Shown one piece after another: positions 42,078-51,555 of a stretch of DNA of 64,000 nucleotides (position 1 is the stretch's first letter; every line of letters starts with the position of its first letter). This DNA comes from Escherichia phage vB_EcoM_SQ17. The position numbers and the translations under genes are program-made. The stretch lies in the sequence record MW882907; one strand, given 5' to 3'. Below the pieces are notes generated by a model. The model did no database searches, was not told where the DNA came from, and was given only the letters and a program-made list of their open reading frames with translations.

Positions 42078-42470
42078 CTACTTTTTAAAAGTTTTTTGCA
42101 AAAGTTTGATGATTTCGTCGACGTTAGTTTCATCTACGATACAATGTATTTTTGTTACATCTAAAGCTATACCTTTGTTGGTAGATTGAGGCTTTACTAA
42201 ATCTACCTCAGTAAAGTATTTGAACTCGTCAGGATAAATCTCAAAATAAGTTTCAATTTCACCACCGGCAGAACATACAGTACCGTCTTCCATAGTTACA
42301 CTTACTACGTTTGGCGTATCGTCATCATAATCAGGTTCCATTCCGTTTACAACAAAACTAGGCCCATGGAGTTCAATCAATTTTAACATCTTAGCGTTAT
42401 TATGTGGTGCTTCTTGAACAAAGTCGTCTTTAAATAAAGGGTTAATGATATAAGATTTTCCGATTTCCAT
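42078..42470 (-). CDS. Hypothetical protein (T4 frd.2-like position)
   Basis: 130-aa ORF preceded by a consensus early promoter. Confidence 0.45.
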   Translation of the reverse strand: MEIGKSYIINPLFKDDFVQEAPHNNAKMLKLIELHGPSFVVNGMEPDYDDDTPNVVSVTMEDGTVCSAGGEIETYFEIYPDEFKYFTEVDLVKPQSTNKGIALDVTKIHCIVDETNVDEIIKLLQKTFKK

Positions 42471-42558
42471 TTTGATTTCCTCATGTTGTTGATAGAACTA
42501 TAATATCACATCTAGGGAAGAAGTAAACATCTTTTTTGGCAATTTACAGATACTCAAA

Positions 42559-42576
42559 AGGGAGACCGAAGTCTCC
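42559..42576 (-). terminator. Hairpin terminator gggagac-cgaa-gtctccc downstream of gene 32
   Basis: Perfect stem-loop followed on the minus strand by TTTTG. Confidence 0.65.
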
Positions 42577-42583
42577 CAATTTA

Positions 42584-43486
42584 TTATAGACCAGCTAACA
42601 GGTCATCGAGGTCGCCATCATCAGAGGATGAGGTAGAGCTCATGAAGTCATCTTCAGTTTTTGCAGAACTAAAGGCTTCCATGTCTTTATCAAAATCGTC
42701 GAGGTCAGAAGCAACTTTATCTGCAACAGAAGCTGCGGCAGCTGCTGCACCACCCAGAGCGGCAGTACCAAGAACTTGTTTAAATTTAGTATTCAATTCT
42801 TCAAACGATTTGAACTTATCTTTAGAAGTCATTTCAGAAAGGTCAACCATTTGTTCGAACAATTCTTTCTGGAAAGATTCATCATCAATGTTTGGAATCG
42901 CAGATTGATTCAGGAATTTAGATTCGTCGTAGTTACTGAAACCAGAAACCTGTTTAACTTTCAGCACAAAGTTAGCACCTTCCCATGGGCAAGTTACATC
43001 AACAGGAGTTTCACCCATTTCAGTATCGACTGCAATCATTGCATTGATTTTGTCCCAAATCTTTTTACCAAAACGGTATTTGAATACTTTACCTTCATTA
43101 TCTGGAGCTTGTGGGTCTTTAACAACCAGGATATTAGCCCAATAAGAAGTTTTACGTTTCAGTTGAGAATATTCTGTTTTGTTTGTATTGTACAGATCAT
43201 TTTTACTAATGTACTGACATACTGGACAAGAGTCATAATCGCCGTGTGTAGATGAACAGGTTTCAATATACCATTTGCCGTTTTTCTTGAACCCGTGGTT
43301 AACAAGAATTGCAAACGGAAGTGCGTCATCTGTTTTTGCCGGCAGGAAACGAATTACCGCTTGACCATTACCGGATGCATCGAGTTTCAGCTTCCATTCA
43401 CCTTTATCTTCTGAAGAGAAACCTTTGTTACCATTCAGTTTAGCCATCTGAGCTGCGAGGTCTGCGGTACTTTTACGTTTAAACAT
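42584..43486 (-). CDS. 32: Single-stranded DNA-binding protein gp32
   Basis: 300 aa; zinc-binding Cys/His region and acidic C-terminal tail; matches my recollection of T4 gp32. Confidence 0.95.
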   Translation of the reverse strand: MFKRKSTADLAAQMAKLNGNKGFSSEDKGEWKLKLDASGNGQAVIRFLPAKTDDALPFAILVNHGFKKNGKWYIETCSSTHGDYDSCPVCQYISKNDLYNTNKTEYSQLKRKTSYWANILVVKDPQAPDNEGKVFKYRFGKKIWDKINAMIAVDTEMGETPVDVTCPWEGANFVLKVKQVSGFSNYDESKFLNQSAIPNIDDESFQKELFEQMVDLSEMTSKDKFKSFEELNTKFKQVLGTAALGGAAAAAASVADKVASDLDDFDKDMEAFSSAKTEDDFMSSTSSSDDGDLDDLLAGL

Positions 43487-43600
43487 TTTATTTGCCTTTA
43501 TTTAGATTAATTAAATTTTACAGTTGGTTGCTACGACACTTATACCTCGTAGCTGGTATGATTTATTTATAAAGTAATTTTAACACACAAGAAATAAAGC

Positions 43601-44254
43601 TTAATACTTACATGATTTGATTGTTTCTATGAACAATTTCTTAGCAGCATTTCCATCGATTTGAAGTATTTTTCGATATGCCTTTAATTTGGTAGAATAA
43701 TTTTGCCAGACTAAGTTATCGGTGAGTTCGTCGTGCTTATCTATAATATTCAAAAATGAGTCCAACAATAAGAAAGTCTCAAATGAAATTATATTGCTTT
43801 GTAGCAGTTTGAATATGTAGCTCGACTGAACGTTGTTATTATAATCAAATATCTCTTGAAGCGCACTAACTTCAACTTTCTTACTGAAATAGTAGATGTT
43901 ACGTACATCTTCAGCAAACGTCTCCTTGGCTTGTTTGAGACGTCCAATATATTCCCTATAGAAAACTAATGCATCAGCGTCTGATATCTCACCAATCCAT
44001 GCGTCTTGGTTAGCAACTAAGTTGCTTATGAATATCAAGGTGAGTTCCTTCAATTTATATTTCTCTGCTAGTTTTTCAAAGAAATATTTATCTCGGCGTT
44101 TTTGATACGCATTATCCGAAACACGCATGCACCAGTTATATTTGATTACGTCATACCGACCATTAAAATGTTGTTTGCACATCAAGTATAGTTTGTATAC
44201 CGATTTTCCGTTAATATAACGTTCTCCATCAGGAGGCATGCGTATTTTAATCAT
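43601..44254 (-). CDS. 59: Helicase loader gp59
   Basis: 217 aa, same length and position as T4 gp59. Confidence 0.85.
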   Translation of the reverse strand: MIKIRMPPDGERYINGKSVYKLYLMCKQHFNGRYDVIKYNWCMRVSDNAYQKRRDKYFFEKLAEKYKLKELTLIFISNLVANQDAWIGEISDADALVFYREYIGRLKQAKETFAEDVRNIYYFSKKVEVSALQEIFDYNNNVQSSYIFKLLQSNIISFETFLLLDSFLNIIDKHDELTDNLVWQNYSTKLKAYRKILQIDGNAAKKLFIETIKSCKY

Positions 44255-44589
44255 AATAAGAAATCTAACGTATTAGTTTTTTCACCACGAGCAACTGATG
44301 GGCGAAGCATGTTTTCGTCAATTGCTTCGCTTGTAATTTTTTCAACAATTCCTGTAGGAATAAATTTAGCAAATTGTGTTTCTGGAATAGAATTTTCTTC
44401 CAAGAAAGCAGTTGTTGCTTCTAAATAAGACATACCAAATTGTTCAACCATGGATTCGATAATGAATCCGTTTTCTTGTCGGTCAAGCAATTTAGCGATA
44501 TCATCTTTATCGTGTTTTACTGCTAATTCTTGTTCAGATAAACCGGCCTCATCAACCGGCTTAATATCACTTAGTGAAAACTGTGTCAT
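44251..44589 (-). CDS. 33: Late-transcription co-activator gp33
   Basis: 112 aa, same length as T4 gp33. Confidence 0.8.
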   Translation of the reverse strand: MTQFSLSDIKPVDEAGLSEQELAVKHDKDDIAKLLDRQENGFIIESMVEQFGMSYLEATTAFLEENSIPETQFAKFIPTGIVEKITSEAIDENMLRPSVARGEKTNTLDFLL

Positions 44590-44836
44590 AAAGCTCGACT
44601 ACCTCTTCGTTTTCAGCTTCAAATTGGTCACGAGCGTCTTTATGATAAAGAGCTAACAAACGATTAAACATTTTTCCATCAACACCAAGCTCTTCTTTAG
44701 CACGAGTACGAATGTCTTTAATCAGTTCATTATAACCAGAAATTTTAAGTTTGTTATCGGAAGCTTCCTTGACTAGTTTAGCCAGTTCTTCACCATGCAC
44801 ATCTTGATTAAATTCAACTGCTTCTTTCTTAGCCAT
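44567..44836 (-). CDS. dsbA: DsbA double-stranded DNA-binding protein
   Basis: ORF-track ORF trimmed to the ATG with a GAGG ribosome-binding site, giving 89 aa (MAKKEAVEF...). Confidence 0.7.
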   Translation of the reverse strand: MAKKEAVEFNQDVHGEELAKLVKEASDNKLKISGYNELIKDIRTRAKEELGVDGKMFNRLLALYHKDARDQFEAENEEVVELYDTVFTK

Positions 44837-44843
44837 GTTTACC

Positions 44844-45761
44844 TCAGAATTCATTAATTACACTTGTTAATTTAGAAAGACCAGATTTTACAAAGTACGA
44901 ATAAATCTTGCCTTTAGGTTGTGGTTTATATGAGTTATAATACTCTATAATGGTTGAAGCAATATTATCAGGGATATAATCAAAATCAATGAGAACCAAA
45001 TTTTCTTGATACCGTTTATATTCTTCTGCACTTAATAATACTTCAGCTTGAGAACGGTCATTGGCAATTGCTTCAATAATCGTTGTTTTCATGCTCGGAG
45101 TTCGTTCACCATCAACTCTGGTAAACCAGAAGTCGCCACGAACTCGAACAGATGCAACGCCGTCTTTACGGTCACCTTTAAGAATTTTAGTCATGCAATC
45201 AATTTCAGCAGAACCGTTCTTAATTTTAACCCATTTTTTCTGTGGTGGTGACCACTGTTTAACGTTAGGATATTTGTGTAATTGTGTAAAGTCACCATCT
45301 GATGCAACAATACATACCTTATGTCCAGCTAATGACAAATATTTAGTTAATACACCGATATGGTCATCCGCTTCATACTTGTCAATATCCATTACAACGT
45401 ATGGCATGTATTTCTTAATCTCATCAACAACTTGACGGAGCGCAGTAAAATATCCTTCCCAATCCCACTTTGAAGCTTCACGATCGGTTTTACGATTTTT
45501 CTTGTAGTAGTAAGCAAAGTCACGACGCCAATAACCTGAAGTAGCATTATCCATACACAATACAAATTTTGTATAGCCTTGCTTACGGAACATCACTACG
45601 TTTTTACGAATTGAATTCAAGATTACATGGCGAACCATCGGAACAGTAATTTTATCGCCGTCTTCAAAGTTGTTTAATGCGGCTGCTAATGCAATGTTAC
45701 TAAAGTCGGCAAGTGCAATACCTTCTTTGTAATCTTCATCCAACATCATTTCTAAATCCAT
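44844..45761 (-). CDS. rnh: RNase H (5'-3' exonuclease / flap endonuclease)
   Basis: 305 aa; MDLEMMLDEDYKEGIALADFSNIAL... matches my recollection of T4 RNase H. Confidence 0.9.
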   Translation of the reverse strand: MDLEMMLDEDYKEGIALADFSNIALAAALNNFEDGDKITVPMVRHVILNSIRKNVVMFRKQGYTKFVLCMDNATSGYWRRDFAYYYKKNRKTDREASKWDWEGYFTALRQVVDEIKKYMPYVVMDIDKYEADDHIGVLTKYLSLAGHKVCIVASDGDFTQLHKYPNVKQWSPPQKKWVKIKNGSAEIDCMTKILKGDRKDGVASVRVRGDFWFTRVDGERTPSMKTTIIEAIANDRSQAEVLLSAEEYKRYQENLVLIDFDYIPDNIASTIIEYYNSYKPQPKGKIYSYFVKSGLSKLTSVINEF

Positions 45762-45826
45762 ATGAACCTCTTGTTCAGTTAGTCAACTTGACTATAGTAA
45801 CATACTCATTTGAAAGCGTAAACTGG

Positions 45827-45834
45827 TATAAATA
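45827..45834 (+). promoter_or_regulatory. T4 late promoter motif TATAAATA upstream of gene 34
   Basis: Exact TATAAATA about 30 nt upstream of the ATG; AAGGAAA ribosome-binding site. Confidence 0.6.
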
Positions 45835-45864
45835 AGTATTATTGAAACAATAAAGGAAAAACGA

Positions 45865-48800
45865 ATGGCCGACATCAAACGTAAGTTCAGAGCCGAAGAC
45901 GGTCTGGACGCCGGTGGCGACAAGATTGTTAACGTAGCATTAGCCGACCGTACAGTAGGTACTGATGGCGTAAACGTTGACTTCCTGGTACAAGAAAACA
46001 CCGTTCAAGTATATGATTCTACGCGTGGATATAACAAAGGATTTGTTGTTCTTTATGACAACCGTTTATATCAAGCAATAAATGATATCGTGTCTCCTTC
46101 CGGGGCATTTAACCTTTTACAATGGCGTGCAGTTCGTACCGATGCACAATGGATAACTGTTGCTTCTGGGACTTATCAACTTTCTTCAGGTGAATCGATT
46201 TCGGTTAACACTGGTGCCGGCAATGATATGGTTTTCACATTGCCAAATACGCCGGTTGACGGTGATACTGTTGTTTTGGCTGATATTGGTGGAAGAACCG
46301 GGACAGTTAAAGTACAGATTAACGCGTCTGTGCAGAGTATTTTAAACTTTAGAGGTGAACAAGTTCGTACAGTTTTAATGACGCGCCCACGTTCACAACT
46401 ATTGTTTGTGTTTAGTAATCGTTTGTGGCAGATGTATATCATTGATTACGGTAAAGAATCAATCACTGTTACACCTGCGGCACCATATCAAGCACAAGCA
46501 AATGATTTTATCGTTCGTCGTTTTACTAGTGCAGCACCAATCAACATTACACTTCCACGTAATGCTAACAATGGTGATATAATCAGCCTAGTCGATTTAG
46601 ATAAATTAAACCCACTGTATCATACAATTGTTAAAACATTTGATGATACAACGTCTATTGGTGAAGTCGGGACTCATATTGCCGAAGGCAGAAATGACTC
46701 TGACACGTTTTTTGTTTTTGATGCTGCAAATAGTTTATGGCGTATATGGGAAGGCGACCAGAAATCGCGTCTTCGTATTATCCGTGCGGATTCAAATATT
46801 CGTCCAAATGAAGAAGTTCTTATTTTTGGCACAAATAACGCTACAGCCGGAACTATTAATCTTACGCTGCCTTCCGGAATTTTGAGTGGTGACACTGTTA
46901 AAATTTCAATGAACTACATGCGTAAAGGCCAAACAGTAAAAATTAAAGCTGCCGAAGGTGATACAATTGCTTCTTCTGTCGCATTACTTCAGTTCCCTAA
47001 ACGTTCCGAATATCCACCTGACGCTCAATGGGTCTCTGTTACTGAACTAGAATTCAATGGCACTACTTCATATGTTCCTGTATTAGAATTAGCGTATATC
47101 GAAGACACCGTTGCTGGTACACGTTATTGGGTTGTTAAACAAAACGTCCCTACGGTAGAACGTGTTGATGCTGGAACTGATGCTACACGAGCTCGTTTAG
47201 GTGTTATTGCTCTTGCTACTCAAGCGCAAGCAAATGTTGATTTAGAGAATACTCCGGCTAAAGAAGTTGCTATTACTCCTGAAACGTTGGCAAATCGTAC
47301 AGCAACTGAAGCTCGACGTGGTATCGCTAAAATTGCTACAACAGCACAAGTTAACCAGAATACCGATTTTGCATTCCAAGACGACTTGATTATTTCTCCT
47401 AAGAAATTGAACGAACGTACAGCAACTGAAACCCGTAGAGGTGTTGCTGAAGTTGCAACACAGGCTGAAACTAATGCTGGAACAGATGACACCACTATTA
47501 TTACTCCTAAGAAATTGGATGCCCGTCAAGGTTCTGAAGTTTTATCCGGTATTGTAAAATACACATCTACGACTGGTACTACAGCTGCTACTATTCGCGG
47601 TAATGCCGGGACTAACGTTTATAACAAAGCCGTAGATAATTTAACTATTTCTCCAAAGGCTCTTGACCAGTATAAAGCTACCCCTACTCAGCAGGGTGCA
47701 GTAATTCTTGCTATTGAAAGTGAAGTTATCGCTGGCGAATCACAAGCCGGTTGGGCTAATGCTGTAGTGACCCCTGAAACTCTGCATAAGAAAACTTCTA
47801 CTGATGGACGTATTGGTTTAATTGAAATTGCTACGCAAGCAGAAACTAACACTGGAACTGATTATACTAGAGCAGTAACGCCTAAGACGTTAAATGATAG
47901 GAAAGCTACGGAAGGATTATCTGGCATAGCCGAAATTGCTACGCAAGTTGAATTTGATACTGGAACTGACGATACTCGTATCTCGACTCCACTGAAAATT
48001 AAAACTCATTTTGATTCTTCTGACCGTACCAGTGTTAATTCTGATTCCGGACTTATTGAAGAAGGAACCTTGTGGAACCATTATACTCTTGATATTTCTA
48101 AAGCAAATGAAACACAACGTGGTACACTTCGCGTAGCGACCCAGGCAGAATCTAATGCAGGAACTTTAGATGATGTTCTTATTACTCCTAAAAAGCTTTT
48201 AGGGACTAAGTCCACTGAAACGTCTGAAGGCGTAATTAAGGTTGCTACTCAGGCTGAAACTGTAACAGGAACTTCTGCTAATACTGCTGTATCACCTAAG
48301 AATTTAAAATGGATTGTTCAATCAGAACCATCATGGACTGCTACTACGGCGATTCGTGGATTCGTTAAAACTTCATCCGGTTCTATTACATTCGTTGGTA
48401 ATGATACGGTTGGTTCAACACAATCTTTAGAATCATATGAGAAAAATAGCTATGCGGTATCACCATATGAATTAAACCGTGTACTTGCTAACTACTTACC
48501 GTTGAAAGCTAAAGCAGCTGATAGTAATTTGTTAGATGGTCTAGATTCTCTTCAGTTCATCCGTAGAGACATCGACCAGACGGTTAATGGTTCTTTAAGT
48601 CTTACTAAACAGACCAACCTGAGTGCTCCTTTAGTATCTACAAGCACTGCTTCTTTTGGTTCCGAAGCATCTGTTACTCGTAGATTAACTCTTAACGATT
48701 CTAGCGGTTCCGAAATAGTTTTCACTAAAGGAACCCAATCTCTTAGTAATAAAGAGAATTTCGTTGTTAGAGCATGGGGTAATAGCGCTACAGATGGTGC

Positions 48801-49698
48801 CCGCGATACAGTATTTGAAGCGGGTGACGAAACAGGATACCATTTCTATTCTCAGCGCGCTGCTGATAATAGAGTATCATTTAATATTAATGGAACACTT
48901 TATTCAACAGGTATTGTTTCTACAAATGGATTAAATGTTACAGGTGTTTCTACCTTTACCGGGCCTATTAGTGCTACAGGCGAAATTGTTTCTAGTTCTC
49001 CTATTGCATTCAGAGCTATTAACGGTAACTATGGTGTTATGCTTTATAATGCTGGTAACAGTTCTTATATTGCATTAACTAACTCAGGTGACCAGACCGG
49101 GACGTTTAATAACTTACGCCCTATCACGATTAACAACGCCACAGGCTTAGTTCGTCTTGACAATGGTGTTCAAATCACGAGTGGTGCAACAATAACTACT
49201 GGTGGGTTAACTGTAAATAACAGAATTATTTCTAACGGCGTTAAAACTGCTACTGTTTATACCGATAAACCAACAGCTTCTACTGTAGGTTTTTGGTCTA
49301 TTGACATTAACGATTCTGCTGTATATAGCCAATTCCCTGGATACTGGACGCGTGATAACAAAGGTAACCGTGACCAAGAAATTAAATATCCTGGTACTTT
49401 GACTCAATTCGGCAATAGCTTAGATTCGCTTTATCAGGATTGGATTTGTTATCCTACAGGTGCAAATGGCGGTAGCATTCGATATACTCGTACCTGGCAG
49501 AAAAATAAAGATGCTTGGACTTCATTTGCAATGGTATTTGATAGTGGCAACCCACCTTCACCTAGCGATGTCGGTGCTATCCCATCTGATAATGCTGTTA
49601 TTGGAAACCTTACTATTCGAGACTTCTTACAATTAGGAAATGTGAGAATTGTTCCAGACCCGGTTAACAAAACAGTTAAATTTATATGGGTTGAATAA
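45865..49698 (+). CDS. 34: Long tail fibre proximal subunit gp34
   Basis: 1277 aa; N-terminus MADIKRKFRAEDGLDAGGDKIVNVALADRTVGTDGVNVDF; internal tandem motif repeats. Confidence 0.9.
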   Translation: MADIKRKFRAEDGLDAGGDKIVNVALADRTVGTDGVNVDFLVQENTVQVYDSTRGYNKGFVVLYDNRLYQAINDIVSPSGAFNLLQWRAVRTDAQWITVASGTYQLSSGESISVNTGAGNDMVFTLPNTPVDGDTVVLADIGGRTGTVKVQINASVQSILNFRGEQVRTVLMTRPRSQLLFVFSNRLWQMYIIDYGKESITVTPAAPYQAQANDFIVRRFTSAAPINITLPRNANNGDIISLVDLDKLNPLYHTIVKTFDDTTSIGEVGTHIAEGRNDSDTFFVFDAANSLWRIWEGDQKSRLRIIRADSNIRPNEEVLIFGTNNATAGTINLTLPSGILSGDTVKISMNYMRKGQTVKIKAAEGDTIASSVALLQFPKRSEYPPDAQWVSVTELEFNGTTSYVPVLELAYIEDTVAGTRYWVVKQNVPTVERVDAGTDATRARLGVIALATQAQANVDLENTPAKEVAITPETLANRTATEARRGIAKIATTAQVNQNTDFAFQDDLIISPKKLNERTATETRRGVAEVATQAETNAGTDDTTIITPKKLDARQGSEVLSGIVKYTSTTGTTAATIRGNAGTNVYNKAVDNLTISPKALDQYKATPTQQGAVILAIESEVIAGESQAGWANAVVTPETLHKKTSTDGRIGLIEIATQAETNTGTDYTRAVTPKTLNDRKATEGLSGIAEIATQVEFDTGTDDTRISTPLKIKTHFDSSDRTSVNSDSGLIEEGTLWNHYTLDISKANETQRGTLRVATQAESNAGTLDDVLITPKKLLGTKSTETSEGVIKVATQAETVTGTSANTAVSPKNLKWIVQSEPSWTATTAIRGFVKTSSGSITFVGNDTVGSTQSLESYEKNSYAVSPYELNRVLANYLPLKAKAADSNLLDGLDSLQFIRRDIDQTVNGSLSLTKQTNLSAPLVSTSTASFGSEASVTRRLTLNDSSGSEIVFTKGTQSLSNKENFVVRAWGNSATDGARDTVFEAGDETGYHFYSQRAADNRVSFNINGTLYSTGIVSTNGLNVTGVSTFTGPISATGEIVSSSPIAFRAINGNYGVMLYNAGNSSYIALTNSGDQTGTFNNLRPITINNATGLVRLDNGVQITSGATITTGGLTVNNRIISNGVKTATVYTDKPTASTVGFWSIDINDSAVYSQFPGYWTRDNKGNRDQEIKYPGTLTQFGNSLDSLYQDWICYPTGANGGSIRYTRTWQKNKDAWTSFAMVFDSGNPPSPSDVGAIPSDNAVIGNLTIRDFLQLGNVRIVPDPVNKTVKFIWVE

Positions 49699-49706
49699 GA
49701 GGTTAT

Positions 49707-50831
49707 ATGGAAAAATTTATGGCAAGGTTTGGACAGGGATACGTCCAAACGCCGTTTTTATCGGAAAGCAATTCAGTTAGATTTAAGCTAAGTATAGCGG
49801 GTTCATGCCCGCTTTCAACAACTAATCCATATATTTTGTTCCAAAACGAGCCTTTAGGGTTGCAGTCTTTTGGTATTGGACTAAATGTTAGGGTGATAAA
49901 TCCGGAAAATGGAACTATAGTTGATAGTAAATTATACAATTTTGCGCCTACAAATAATGCAACTTCAGCTGCATTTATTTCGTTTGTTAATACATACGCA
50001 GATAATTTCATTTTCGCATTTATTTCTAATAACAAATTTAATTTGCCACCAGAAATAATTGAATGGTTTAAAGCTGCTGGGAGTTCAGTTATACCGTCAA
50101 TTGAAGTTGCTAGTCTTGTTGATATTTCATATTCAGCGTTTTATGTTTCAGGTAAAAATACTATTGCATTAGAACACATAAAATACAGTAATAAGAAAAC
50201 AATTTCTGATTACGCAACTCCATTAGATATTGTATATGACTCTATTGCTGATATAGGTGCTACCGGCTATCCTAGACGTACATATGAAGCTCTAGAAACG
50301 TTTTTATCTCCTGTTGGAGGAACTAACAATGAAATAAAAAGGATGCCTACATCATCCCTTGTTACTCCTATCGCAAACTATGGATTAAAGCCTACAGATT
50401 TTCTTTATTTGAAATTTCAATTAATGGCTGATGAAGAATTATTAGAGGAAGGAACCACAAGACTTTCAATTCGTTTCTTTAAGTCTCCATCTAGCTCTCC
50501 TATATCATCTAAAGATATAAACTTTGATGGAACTGCCGGGGAGTGGAAGCTATATGAAGAATACGTTGAAATACCAGCTGAAGCTGATGGCTTTACAGTA
50601 TATTGTTACCGTACGGCCTCAGTCGGTCAAGGTGGACTAAGAAATGTTATTTTCACTGAAGTATCATGTAACGGAAGTATAGCAAAACCCGCCGAGTTTG
50701 GTATAAACGGTATTCGTGCTAATTACATTGATGAATCATTAACCGGTAATGATATAATGGACTTGCCTACTCAGTTATCTAACGACACAGGTAAGGTATT
50801 TGGGCAGGAATTTAAAGAGTACACAGAATAA
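49707..50831 (+). CDS. 35: Long tail fibre hinge connector gp35
   Basis: 374 aa; T4 synteny. Confidence 0.8.
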   Translation: MEKFMARFGQGYVQTPFLSESNSVRFKLSIAGSCPLSTTNPYILFQNEPLGLQSFGIGLNVRVINPENGTIVDSKLYNFAPTNNATSAAFISFVNTYADNFIFAFISNNKFNLPPEIIEWFKAAGSSVIPSIEVASLVDISYSAFYVSGKNTIALEHIKYSNKKTISDYATPLDIVYDSIADIGATGYPRRTYEALETFLSPVGGTNNEIKRMPTSSLVTPIANYGLKPTDFLYLKFQLMADEELLEEGTTRLSIRFFKSPSSSPISSKDINFDGTAGEWKLYEEYVEIPAEADGFTVYCYRTASVGQGGLRNVIFTEVSCNGSIAKPAEFGINGIRANYIDESLTGNDIMDLPTQLSNDTGKVFGQEFKEYTE

Positions 50832-50853
50832 AGGAGACTTCGGTCTCCTTTTC
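50832..50853 (+). terminator. Hairpin terminator aggagac-ttcg-gtctcct followed by TTTTCG
   Basis: Immediately after the gene 35 stop. Confidence 0.65.
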
Positions 50854-50856
50854 GCG

Positions 50857-50864
50857 TATAAATA
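50857..50864 (+). promoter_or_regulatory. T4 late promoter motif TATAAATA upstream of gene 36
   Basis: Exact TATAAATA 27 nt upstream of the ATG; AAGGAGA ribosome-binding site. Confidence 0.6.
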
Positions 50865-50890
50865 CTTTAATATTAATAAGGAGACACGAA

Positions 50891-51547
50891 ATGGCCGATT
50901 TAAAAGCCGGAAGTACAGTTGGTGGTTCCGTCATATGGCATCAAGGCAATTTTCCTTTAATGCCAGCTGGCGATGACATCCTATATAAAACATTTAAATT
51001 ATACACCGAATATAACAAGCCAAAAGCGGCTGATAACGATTTCGTATCTAAAGCAAATGGTGGGACATATCTCAAAAAGGTAATCTTTAACGAAGGTGTT
51101 GCAGTCAAAACAGCAGATGACCAAACGAATGGTATTTTTTCTGGCGGTGGTGACGCCGCGACATTCGACCAAACAAACATGGATATTGTTTCGTGGTATG
51201 GTGTTGGGTTTAAATCATCTCAAGGTACAGGTGAAAGAACTGTTGTAATTGATACTCGCACTGGTAATATAAGTTCTAAAGGCGTTATTGAAGCATCTCA
51301 ATTCAGAGCCACAACGTTAGCACCTTTAAATAATTACGACCTTACTCGCAAAGATTATGTTGATAGTCAAATAAATACAGTTAATGCTAATGCAAACAGT
51401 CGTGTACTCCGTTCAGGAGATACGATGACTGGCGCGCTAACCGCCCCAAATTTTTTCTCACAGAATCCTGCATCTCAACCATCGCATGTTCCACGATTTG
51501 ACCAAATTGTTATTAAGGATTCTGTTCAAGATTTCGGCTATTATTAA
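50891..51547 (+). CDS. 36: Long tail fibre distal connector gp36
   Basis: 218 aa; T4 synteny. Confidence 0.8.
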   Translation: MADLKAGSTVGGSVIWHQGNFPLMPAGDDILYKTFKLYTEYNKPKAADNDFVSKANGGTYLKKVIFNEGVAVKTADDQTNGIFSGGGDAATFDQTNMDIVSWYGVGFKSSQGTGERTVVIDTRTGNISSKGVIEASQFRATTLAPLNNYDLTRKDYVDSQINTVNANANSRVLRSGDTMTGALTAPNFFSQNPASQPSHVPRFDQIVIKDSVQDFGYY

Positions 51548-51555
51548 GAGGACTT

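Noticed and set aside
42776-43255. Plus-strand ORF-track ORFs lying antisense inside minus-strand genes (this one inside gene 32; others at 34398..34922 in rnlA, 36787..37104 in nrdA, 55223..55606 in an alternative frame of gene 38).
   Set aside because: They overlap strongly supported genes on the other strand or frame, lack ribosome-binding sites, and have atypical composition; treated as chance ORFs in AT-rich sequence.
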